This document shows, piece by piece, positions 26,451 through 38,084 of a stretch of DNA of 64,000 nucleotides. Source of the DNA: Epiperipatus broadwayi (taxonomy: Eukaryota; Animalia; Onychophora); NCBI GenBank assembly GCA_028023455.1, contig JAQFVV010000003.1, positions 23,746,001 through 23,810,000 of the forward strand. Reading direction: 5' to 3'. Under the pieces are notes generated by a model. It searched no databases. It worked only from the letters and a program-made list of their open reading frames with translations, and had not been told where the DNA came from. Positions within the stretch are counted from its first letter, which is position 1. Every line of letters begins with the position of its first letter. Both the position numbers and the translations under genes were made by a program.

Positions 26451-28633
26451 CAACAATTTGCATTTATTATGCGCAATATAAATAGGTGCTTATTAGACTA
26501 AGCAAAAGTTTGTTTTAGTTAATTGGTATTTTTTAAATTCAGCTTTTTATCATATGGCGCAATTATAAATCAGCATGTTTGCTTCTTGTAAACAAAAGAC
26601 GTAATTAGTCCAATTTTTAATAAAGTCTTATGGTAAACATAGTTGAGAATTATTTTTTGAGCTGTTTTTTATGTTGATGACTCTTAAAGTAGGTTTTTTT
26701 TATTTTTTATCATTAAAGTGTATTTCAATTCATCGAATGGAGTTTGACGGGCGAAATATTGTTCTGGCGAAACTGACATATATTTAACAGCTGCTATTTT
26801 AGATATCTAAAATTATCTTTTGTGAACACATCATTATAACCAACTTAAGATTTGCAAGTTCTTTTTTTTTAACTCCACATTTCCTGCTCATGTTCCTTTA
26901 ACAATAATATGGGGGTGGTGGTGAGGAAAGGAAACCACTTGTTTTATTATGAGAGATTTATTTTAAATGTTTTTCTTTTTTTAGAAAAAAAAAATCCAAT
27001 AGTTTTAACTATTTTTAGTTCATAATTTGCATTCAAATAGCTGGGTAATAATAATAAAATCTATTTTAACAGTAATAAATGCCTTATTTTAACAATTTAA
27101 TAAATTCTTAGTAGGCAGATATGGGGAAAGATAAAACCAAGAGAATATAATCCATAATGTAGCGCATTTATGATCCTAGGTCAATCGTTAGGATCATCAA
27201 GTATTCAGCTCGTCGTAGAGTAACCCTTTGATGATTATTTAGCTCAATGATAGATTAGTTTAATGACTGAGTAAATAGTTTCTAAGGAGTTGCTGAATAA
27301 TATAGGAAAGTGGTCCTCCGTTGAACAATTGACTCAGTGAAGATCCTAGTTTATGTTTGTGCTACAATAACTATAAAAATTAGGCTAGTAATAGCTGACT
27401 TGTAGAAAAAAAACCCTGTTGGGTACATATTTAAAAGGCTTGAAACTAAACAATCATTGTACTGCTATAAAGATTAAATGTGGGTGGGCTCTATTCCCAT
27501 ATGTTATCTTGCTACCAATTGTGAAGGGAGCATCATATTCAAATTAATCAGTTTTTTTTTTTTATGATTAGCATTCCTATTAAATCTGGGAGTTTTATTT
27601 AACATTTAATAACGGCTAGTTAATCAATTTGTTGGCCAATAATTAAGTAGCAAAATACGTTAAAAATGAAATTAGATTCTCTGCAAAAATAAATAAATAA
27701 TAATAAGCCTGCGTTTTAGCTGAAAACAGTTCTCAAAGTTCATCCACCCCAGATTTACGTTCATTCACCACAGATTTAAATGCAGAGCATCTTTACATCT
27801 TTCAAAAATAATCATAAATGAACCATTAGCCCTATTTTTCAACTAGCATTAAATACTGTTTTCCATGATTGATTTTGTGTATTTTTAATGAATATAAGAA
27901 TTAAAAATAAAGGAAATCATGGAAGTGCTTAACCATATTATAATCATACTGTTTACTTTTACAATCAGTGTATTACCAAATATTTGATCGACCTTGATTA
28001 ATTTGATCTGGGTTAGATGCTAGTTGTATTTTCTAAGGGTCAGGCGCCTAAATAAAAAGTTCTAGGTTTGCTTGCAACTAAAAATTTTCAAGATCCACTT
28101 GGTTCACACTCGAAATTTTAAGGCATGGACATGAAAGACTGGTGCACTTACCATAATGCTGTTGATCTTTAATAAATCTGTGCATTAAAAGAAAAGAGTG
28201 CATATAGACTTAATGAATAAAAACTATAGACTATAGTCATAAAAAGTCTTTGTATTTAATTGAGAATGTAATAAATATATAGATTAATCATAGCTTTTAG
28301 ACACATTTTGTTCAAAAAACGTCATTTTATACCACTCCTAATCATCTGGCAAAAGATGGCAAGGCCAACAGATTTCAGAGCTTGAACAGTTAAAGATAAC
28401 TGCTAATAATTCAAAGTATACGCAATGTTCTTCCTATTGGAAAAATAAAACCAAAAAAACAGAAAAAGCTTATTTGATATTTTAATTACTTCTGCTTAAA
28501 TGACTTACTGGGATAGAATGTAAAATCTATTGCTGATTTTAAAATTCAGACTAAATGTAAATTTAACCACATTATTTTATAAAATTATTTAATTAAAGGG
28601 TATTTGGACCCAGACTTAAAGTGGTAGATTTTC

Positions 28634-28885
28634 TATCTTAATATAAACCAAGCATTGATTACATATATGTGCGGAAGATGATGATCCAGACCAACTGATG
28701 AGTGCTGCTTCAGCATGAAATATGTATGAGATCATTTGTGTTTTTCACATGTATGTGGTCATGTGATCAATTACATTGGATAAAGTGGGTGACTGTAAGG
28801 AGCTTGAAAATCTGGGTTCAAATCTCCTTGAATTAAAGTTATGTTAAGTATATACATTATACTTGTATTTCAATATTATTTAAGT
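28634..28885 (+). mobile_element. Family A copy: hammerhead (28681-28735) followed by a tRNA-like segment (28757-28827)
   Basis: CTGATGA at 28695, GTGCTG/CAGCAT, GAAA at 28717, 4-nt deletion in stem I 3'. TGGATAAAGTG and GGTTCAAATC (28815-28824). Confidence 0.85.
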
Positions 28886-30617
28886 TAAATACAAATTATT
28901 TGTGAGGCTAATGCAATATATACTTATGGAATAGCAGACTGAAAAAAAAAAGTTTAAAATGACATAATGAAAATAAAGGAAGTATCCTTTCTTTATATTT
29001 ATTATACATACAAAAATGTCAGAAACTTCTGAATAATCAAAAATAGTACAGAAGTAAGTAATTTATATTTGATAATTAATAGAATATAAGGTCAAACACA
29101 TTAAAATAGAGTATGTAAAATCTGCTTAATATAAGAAAAATTCAAATCTATTTTGATTTATGGTTAGTGATACTGAGGACTTGACATTATTTATGGAGTT
29201 CAGTTGAAACTGTTCCTGTGTGCCTTATATTGTAGTTTACAATTTGGAATTTGGTTATTATATGTAATATTTTATATTTTATTTGCACCAACAACTCTTA
29301 TTAATAAAACTAAACAATAAATTTGTAATATTTTCTTAGTCACTCAGATGTTTAATTACAAATGATTGTTAATTACTTTTTATTTATTTTATCAAAGCAG
29401 TTGTTCCTGGCATGGTCAGTAATGTTTTAATCCAAAGGTGGATAAATTATTGCCTGTGTGCAGCATATAGTTTGCAATGATGATTTTTGCAGACTGCATA
29501 CATTTTTTTAAAAAACTATTCCAAAAATGTTAAAATTTGTTCAATAATGTTTTTCTAAAATTGCACATTAACAACTTGTTTTGAACATTTGCTATAACGA
29601 CTTTCATTATATCTCATAAACAACTCATTTTACCAAAGAAAATACTTCAAATGAAACTTTTTAGGTTGGTAATTCTATATAATTTTTGTTGACTAAAGTT
29701 TTTTTTATAAAAATGCATGTCTAATGAGTTATCATGAACAACATTTCCATTGATTATTCAGTTTATTTCAAAAGAAATGAATTTTATGAAAAATTGTTTC
29801 AGGCAAAAATGTCTTAAATTTTGAATCTGAACAATTTTTGTCAAATTTTTTCATATGTTACATTAGTTTTTGAATTATCAATAAACCAAGAATTGAATTC
29901 CATCAAACCAGAAGTTCCCATAAATAAGTATTGTTGTTCATTAATAGGTATCTAAATTAGTCCACAAAGACAGTGGCATCAGTATTCTAAAGTTTTATTT
30001 TATTCTCAATACTTCATCTTAAACTGCTGAACACAGATTTTAAAAGCTTTAGTTTATAAAAATTTGTTGAAAATAGAAATTCAGTTTCCAGCATGGCTCA
30101 ATACCTTGTGTATTGGAAAGTAAAAAAAAAACTTAAATAAAAAATCCATTGTTAGAAAAGTTTACCTAAAACTATTATAAAATTGGGATAAATGATCAAC
30201 AACCTTTTGCAAATTCTAAATTTTAACATATTCAAAACTTGTAATTTCAGAGAAGCAATTTATTTTTACAAATTTGAAAAAGGAAGTTTCTTCAATCCTA
30301 TCATTTTTAATTTCTCAAGCCCACTGAAATATTTTTTATCATGATTTCACTTGTGGCCAGTCATAGTAAAAAATAAATAAATTATAATTTAACCATTTTG
30401 TAATTTTAGAAATCATTTTAAAGGCATACTGAATAATTATGTTTGCCTGAAGATTTGTTGATAATGGAATTTTAGTTGTACTTAAATGTTGAACTATTTC
30501 CATTATCTAACATTAAATATTAAATATCTTTAGAATTTTTTTTATTTTAAATTTTATATCAATTTTCCAATTACATTCAATTGTTAATAATAACACACAT
30601 GTTAGTATATGCACAAT

Positions 30618-30703
30618 GATACTAGCATAGAAATAGGATCTGGATATTTAGATCATTGAATATTGAATTTTAAAGTAATGCTCTAACCAACTAAGCCATT
30701 CTT
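30618..30703 (-). mobile_element. Family B tRNA-derived head
   Basis: Minus strand reads AGAATGGCTTAGTTGGTTAGAGCATT...CTATGCTAGTA, matching 9002-9083. Confidence 0.7.
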
Positions 30704-31323
30704 TGTGTAATTTAGTACAGTGATAGATTGATAGACTCAGAAGCTAAAGATTTTTGAAGCAAAACTTAAGCTGGTACTTCTGCTATTCAAATGTTGCATA
30801 AGCTCCTAAGCAATTGATTATTTGTTTTCAATATTCAATTAACAAGATAATATAAATAAAAACAATATTTTGCACATATATTTTGTTAGAATATTAGATG
30901 GTTTTAAATCAGTTCAATTTAAAATAATTATAGAATATTTAATATATATATTATTAAACAAAGTAAAATAAATATAAAAGTGTTATCTTAAAAATTCAAT
31001 GTTGAAATCGTGTTTTGTTTAACTTTTAATGTATTTCAGATTTATCATAACATTTATGTTTAAAATATATCACATAACAAAATATATTTATGATGGAAAC
31101 AAATAGCTGAAATCAAAGAAAACATTTTATCCATGCTCCTACTCTTTTTCTGATGTCAGAAAAAAGGAAACAGTTTACAATTTCTGTAGTTCTATGAATA
31201 AAGAACTTGACTTATCTAAATGATAGTTTTTAAAATAATTTAAGTCTGTAAATTATTATATATATTATACATTCTGTTATGTTGTTGTTTTGTGTGTGTA
31301 TTTATATAAACAAATAACATTAA

Positions 31324-31910
31324 GCCAATAAACATCACATGACCACCATCTCTTATGCTTGTGTGTAACTGTTGTTAAAACAGGCAAAACTCACTATATA
31401 TATTGCCACAAATATCAAGCTAGAGTAGTCAATGGATGCCAGAAGGCTTGTGCATAAAATCCCCATCTAGTGCCTACTCATCCTATATCCCCAGACTAGT
31501 TTCTGGTTTATGATCCTGCCTAATAGGATAGTGGTGGCTATGGTTATTAAAGAACCAAAGACACCGAAATGTATCGGTACTGAACTGGGTTCAGACCTAT
31601 ATGAATATATAAGCTAATGGGCTTGGATTGAAAACATTAAGGTGTTTTCAGTTTAAGACTCATAGTTTTGTAGTTAAATGGAGATAAAAGGTGGTTGCTG
31701 GTGGGTTGCATTAGATCTTAAGATTTAGGTGCAGTGCTCTCAGATCCAAGGCTCTTCACTGATGAAGGCCATAAGCCAGAAACTAGTCTGGTGATATTGG
31801 ATGAGTAGGCACTAGATGGGGATTTTATGCACAAGCCTTCTGGCATAACATTGACTACTTTAGCTTGTTGTGTGTGGCAATATATATATATAGTGAGTTT
31901 TGCCTGTTTT
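31324..31910. mobile_element. Family C: inverted tail arm plus tRNA-like head fused to a hammerhead; up to 15-bp TSD
   Basis: 31372-31512 is inverted relative to 31770-31915. AACAAATAACATTAA at 31309-31323 and 31911-31925. The left arm is ~48-53 nt longer. Confidence 0.9.
31744..31802 (+). ncRNA. Minimal type-I hammerhead (family C)
   Basis: ATCCAA..TCTTCA-CTGATGA(31759)-A-GGC cataa GCC-A-GAAA-CTAG-TC-TGGTGA..TTGGAT; palindromic stem III ACTAGT; predicted cleavage after 31788. Confidence 0.8.
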
Positions 31911-33684
31911 AACAAATAACATTAAAGAAAAATTTTAAATACAAAAAAAAAAAACTTTTTAAAATGTTTGTTATCTCTTCAGTATGAAAGTATAGATATG
32001 TTAATTAATACATATATCTTAATATATATCACTCACTTGACATATAATGATCTGTAAATTATATCATCCCAAAATTTACCTATGCAAGAATTATAGCCAG
32101 TTGTTTGACAACATGTGAAAGATATATTTGATCAGATGAAGAAACTTTTCTATGTATTATTGACTATTGTCTCTTTTTCAAAAATATAAAGTCAATTTTA
32201 ATTTTTTCAAATAACCCATTAAATTAAATTTTGACATTAAGTTTTTGGATTGATGATAGGAAGAAAATATGAACTGCTTTATCACTATTAAGTTTTATAA
32301 GGCTATTGAAAATATATGGTAATTTTTTAGAACAAACACATCCATATGATATGACATATTGGAATATTGTTGGAAACAATATTATAAAACTTTCAGATAT
32401 TTTCCAAATAAAGTAAAATTTGTAGTATAGCCTTCAGAATTGATTAACCTATAGGTACTATAATAACTTAAGTGAAATGTTAATTCACAATGAATAATTA
32501 TTTGTTAGAAACTCATATAATATTACAATTATTACTAATTAATGAGTGATACCAAGATAAATAATAATTAATTAATAAAATACTTCAATGACTTTTGTCT
32601 ATTAAATGTAACATGTTATGTTTTAGTGTGAACTTTGTACTGTATTTTTTTGTCATTATATATAAATTTATTATATATAAGAAATAAACTCATTTTTAAA
32701 GTAACATATTATTTTTTATATGGATATGTAGATTTTGTTTTGTTTTTTAATTGTAATTTCTGCACAAGTATTGAAAACTTTATTTGTGTATTGATATGAC
32801 TGCATAGTCAAGCTAAAAGTAACAATATATTGAAACAGATATACTGTTCCCTGTGTATACATATTCAAAAGACCCCCCCCCCATTTAAAAAAGACTAGCA
32901 TGATTTGATCAAATTAAAAAAGAAATAAAGCAAAAAGTTTATAGTTAATAGAAAATCATTATTGATTTTATAGTTTCAAATTATGATGTAAATAAAAGCT
33001 GGCAGTTATTAAAAAAGATTATATTTTTAATTTTTGGAATGATGTTTTTAAATAAAGTGTTATATCAGCTTGAGGCAGTCTTAATCAATTGAAAAACATG
33101 GCTTAATCTTTATGCTTTCTTATCTATCCCACTAAAAAAGTAGATTATCCAATCATTATGAAGAGAAAGGCAATTGGGCTTAAATGAGAGCAGTATGCAA
33201 GTCAGGTACAGTGAAAAAGGCTGTTTAATCAGTCCAAGAAGCAGAATATAAATAGTAAAGTTGGAAGTTCAAAGGCAGATTAGATTGGATTTTTAAAGTG
33301 TATGTTTAAAAGGGATTTTTTTCGAAAGATTTTTTGAAAAAGATAGTAAGAAAAGTGAAGAATTAAAAAGTTGAAATTCTTATTTAAGTGTTACTCAACT
33401 CTGACTTTCATCTTCTTGGAATATAACCTTTACAACCACTGTTAATAATGGAAAAAGAAATCATTATTCAGGAAATTATAACCATGGAAGGATAAACTAA
33501 CAGCTTTTTCTCTCCATTCTAAGCCAAGATTTTCAGGGATAGACATCATAGAAAGAAGATAATGCCATTCAGCTGAAATGCGATGCCCCTTTTGAAAGCA
33601 GTTACATCATGGATATGAAGAAACAAACTGGATAAATAAAGGTAATGATTTTATGAAAATATTCTAAATTATATGTGTTTTTAA

Positions 33685-34130
33685 AAGACAAACAAAATGT
33701 CTTTATTATAATTAATAAAAAAAGAATTATTAATAAAAATAGCTGTGTAAAAATACGTTCTGTTAATAATAAATTGTAAATGATAAATATTAAAAATATC
33801 TATAATCAAAAGGCATTTTTAATAAGGATTGACTTCTCATCTACAGATACATTTGAATTAAAATAAAGTAAAAATGAATACTTATAATGATTTTATATAT
33901 ATATTTTTTAATATTTATATGTGTTTATAAAGGATAAAACAAAACATCTTTCTTAAAAAGAAAAAGAAAATTATGAACAAATTTAGCTATGGAAATACGT
34001 TTTATTAAAGATAAATTATAACTACTAAAATACCTATAATCAAAATGCATTTTTAATAAGGATTGACTTCTCATCTACAGATACATTTGAATTAAAATAA
34101 ACTAAAAAATGAATATTTATAATGATTGAT
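33685..34130. repeat. 234-bp tandem duplication with a 55-bp identical core
   Basis: 33813-33867 is identical to 34047-34101; the flanks are clearly diverged. Confidence 0.85.
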
Positions 34131-34384
34131 ATTATTGATTTACAAATAAATATACCCAGAAGAGTCAGAAATACTGAGCTATTACAGATAACTCTAACTG
34201 GCTAATAAATAAATGCAGCTGCTGATCAACTTATATGAAGAAATATACATCTGTGGCAGACCAAACAACAAGATTTATGATAGATTCACTAACTTAAAAT
34301 GAACTGGAACTTTGAATTATAGGTAAAATATAAACTGTTAAAGAACTTGCATTCTTTAACTCATATTGCCTTATTATTGGATAC

Positions 34385-34515
34385 ATACCAAGTTACACAA
34401 TGGACTGTAAATAAAAATATTTATAATTGTCCAAATTCAGTTACACAACGGAATGTAAATGAAGTATTTGTAGTTGTGCAAATTCAGATACACAATGGAC
34501 AATAAATAAAATGTT
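34385..34515. repeat. ~48-bp tandem repeat, about 3 copies
   Basis: AG(T/A)TACACAA(T/C)GGA..TAAAT..A.TATTT.TA.TTGT.CAAATTC recurs at ~34391, 34439 and 34486. Confidence 0.7.
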
Positions 34516-35589
34516 CATTGAATTAACTATATGAGGAATTAAGTGGAACTCTGAATTAAATGGAATGCTATCAATTGTCTTCATTACTCTCTCTGTTGTC
34601 TCAATATGTCACACTCCTCTCTGTTCAATAACTAAACGATTACAGATATAAACTGTTAAAGAACTGTTGAGAGAAGGACTTTATTATACTCTCAACAGAT
34701 TACATTTTCTTTTTTTTAAAAGTCATATGGAAATCTTTTGCTTGATGGACCTTTATTTAAATTTGTTATTAAATAAAACTATTGTTATTTAAAATTAATC
34801 TTAGTTATCCAGTTGTTCAATTCTATTTTTGTTTTTATTGCATCACTCATCATTCATTGCACTTGTTCATGAGAATCTCATGCCTACTGAGCTATGTCTA
34901 GCATAACTAGACCCAGGTAAGTCAGGTTGTAGTGAGATGGAACTCTAGTGGTGCCATTTGGAAAACCAAACATATAAATGTGTAGATGCTTCCAGACTCT
35001 ATGGTGCTACATCCTCTGATGAGCAGGAAATATTGTTGTGGGGGGGGGGTAGCATTTGCATTGGGTAATGCCAGTTGATGGTTCCTTCCTGCAACATGCT
35101 CATCAGGAAATTGTTACAACTGAAGTAATAAAACGGTTGTATGGTGGTCCGGTTACAATATATTATACTTTACTTTTATTGCTAATATGGGCTTACTTGT
35201 ATACAAATATATATTTATATATTTTCTTTCTATAACCATCTGTATACACACATACCCAAGTATATTACAAAAATATTAAGTACAAGGCACAGCTATAAAT
35301 ACACAGTTACTCCTATATATAAAAAAAATATTATGAAGATATAATCTGTATTATGTAATTTTTTAATTCATATTTAAATGTATAATTATTAGTTAAGTGT
35401 GCAGATATTTTTTTATATACAGTGGAGCCTTGATATTAACTATTTTACTCCAATTGTATATTGTACATTTGTTTGATAAGTTTTGATTATGACAGAATAT
35501 ATATTGCTTACTGAATTACACTTGTACAGTATTTTCAACATGCACATATAACTTCCATGTGTATAATATACATATAGTAATTAAAACTA

Positions 35590-36105
35590 TAATATTTGCA
35601 AATAAATCAAGTTATATATCATGTGACTTAATTTAATAAGCTTGTATTACAAATGTTATATAATGAGCATTCTAATAGTTTTTAACAAGCTTTTCAGAAT
35701 AACCCTATCCTCAGACCAGTTTCATGCTTCTGGAATTCCTCAGTAAAGCACTAGGATATTCAAGCATTAGATTTAAAATACCAGGTCAAGGCCAGAACTT
35801 TATCTAGTGATTAACTATTAAGTAGAAAATCTGAAACTTTCAGATATCCATATATCTTCAAATCCAGCTATCTAATTTAAATAGCCGTTTGGGATTGAGC
35901 TAAGTTTAGATATACCATATATTAATAGCTTTAGCAATATAAAATCACCAAAGACTTAAGAGCAAAACAATAATTGCAAAGAAATCTAATCTTATATCAC
36001 ATGACTTAATTTAATAAGCTTGTATTACTGGGGCTATATAATGAGCAGGTCAATAGCTCTTAACAAGCTTTTCAGAATATCCATATCCCCTGACCAGCTA
36101 TTTGC
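35590..36105 (-). mobile_element. Family C-like tandem element, 378-bp period, with a hammerhead at 35702-35757
   Basis: 35612-35728 repeats at 35991-36105. Minus strand reads ATCCTA..CTTTA-CTGAGGA-ATTCCAGAAGCAT-GAAA-CTGG-TC-TGAGGA-TAGGGT. Confidence 0.8.
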
Positions 36106-37401
36106 ATTTACTCAAAAAATAACAAATACAAATTTACTGTACCATATCTTTTTTTTTTTAAAATAAAATAAGTAGAATAAGACCAAAATTTCATCACAAT
36201 TAAATACACTCTAGATATTCTTTTTTTAAATAACTTTTTAGCAGTTTCTTTTACACCAAATTATGGCTTTCAAAATGTTTTGATGTTTTTAAGTCCATAT
36301 TGACTAGAATTTATCCTTATTTGCTATTACCCATTTCAATTATTATTTGAAGTTTAAACTAATGATTTACAATTCTTTTTTTTTTTTTATCACTTAATAA
36401 GATAATTTATGAAATTTCATAAAACTTAAGTTTATGTTTAGAAAACATTTTATTACATGAAGTACTTACTGTACACATCAAAGCTAAGAATAAAATATGC
36501 ATGCTTTTAATGTAAGCCAAAAAAAAAAACAACATTAATAAAAGAAATGGCATACATTACTCCAAAAAGCAATTATTTAACTTATGGACATAAAATAGGT
36601 TGTCAAAAAATGCTAAACTTTTACACTGCATAAAGATTGCAATAGAAAAAAATATATGAAACCAACTATATTAAATGTAATAAAGAAAAATTATGAATAT
36701 ATATAAAATCCATGCAATTAATCAATAATTGATCATTTAAATATGGATGAAAAGTTTACACAATATGTCTACATATATGTAAATCTTCACAATATTTTGT
36801 ATATATATATATATGGATACTTGCATATACATGGCTATGCATTATAATAAATATATTCATAATGTTTATGAAAATGTATGTATATGTTCCATTTATATGC
36901 ATATAAATATTGGTGGAGAGTATATATGTGTAAATTTGAATTTAAATAAATATTAATAGTAGCTAATAAAATAAATAATAATAAAAAACTATAACAATAA
37001 TTTCAGTTTGTCAATATAGATATAGCAATGCATAAATCATAATCATGTTTCATTTACTGTTCAATATATATATATATTGTAATCATTAAAACCAGTTAAC
37101 ACTTAGACAATTTCAATATCAATAACAATCAACAATTTCAAACTGTTGTCAAGGCAACCTCTTTTAACAATACAGATAGAATTCCACCTTTATTAATGGT
37201 TCATTATATTTATATAGACACTAAAGATTGCAACTTGACTTCAGAGATTGAAATTATTGATAGAAAAAAGTTTAAATAAACCTCTTTAAAAAGGTAAATA
37301 TAACATGTTCTGAATGCAGACCAATAAATAGTCAATTATAATATTACAAACTACAATTATAATTTTCAAATTGCATCCAAAGTATTACTTAAATAATAAG
37401 T

Positions 37402-38084
37402 AGTAATTAATTTATTGAGCGCACAAAAAGCATATGTAAATACTTTAAACAGGCTATAACCTGTATTCAATGCACTTTAAAATTTGTAATAATCAAGCAT
37501 ATTTTGCTGATAGAGAGAACCTTCCAAACAATGAACAAGATGCTTCAGATTTGCCTATATAAGTGGACATTTAGGTTAAAGATAAGACAGCCACTCTTAT
37601 CTTTATAAAACTCGCTATCTTGTGTCTTGGTTTGGAAGGTTCCTTCTATAGGCAAAATATGCTTGATTATTACGAATTTTAAAGCACATTGAATACAGGT
37701 TATAGCCTGTTTAAAGTATTTACATATGCTTTCTGTGTGCTTAGTAAATTAATTACTACTCTTTAATAGTTTATAGAATTTCCAACATTAAGATCATAAT
37801 ATTAACTCGCTGTATATCGCAAGATTTCATGTAAGTTAATTTGTAAAGGATATAGTGGACTTAAACAGTGGAGAAAAACAACTACTTCATGCTTCCAAAT
37901 CAAGATGCTTCAGATTCGCCTATATAAGTGGACATTTAGGTTAAAGATAAGACAGCTGCTCTTATCTTTATAAAAGTCACTATTTTGTGTCGTAGTTTGG
38001 AAGGTTTCCTCTATCGGCAAAATACGCTTGATTACTATGAATTTTAAAGCACATTGAATACAGGTTATAGCCTGTTTAAAGTAT
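37402..38084. mobile_element. TATA-hairpin family element 3: short inverted arm plus 1.5 copies of a 365-bp unit, 13-bp TSD
   Basis: TTAAATAATAAGT at 37389-37401 and 38085-38097. CAAGATGCTTCAG at 37536 and 37901. 37402-37530 is inverted relative to 37630-37757. Confidence 0.9.

Noticed and set aside
29172-29222. CTGAGGA...GAAACTGTTC as a hammerhead
   Set aside because: Stem II pairing consumes core bases, and stems I and III do not pair.
29700-30500. Possible very old LINE RT relic
   Set aside because: Only faint motif echoes; not callable by eye.
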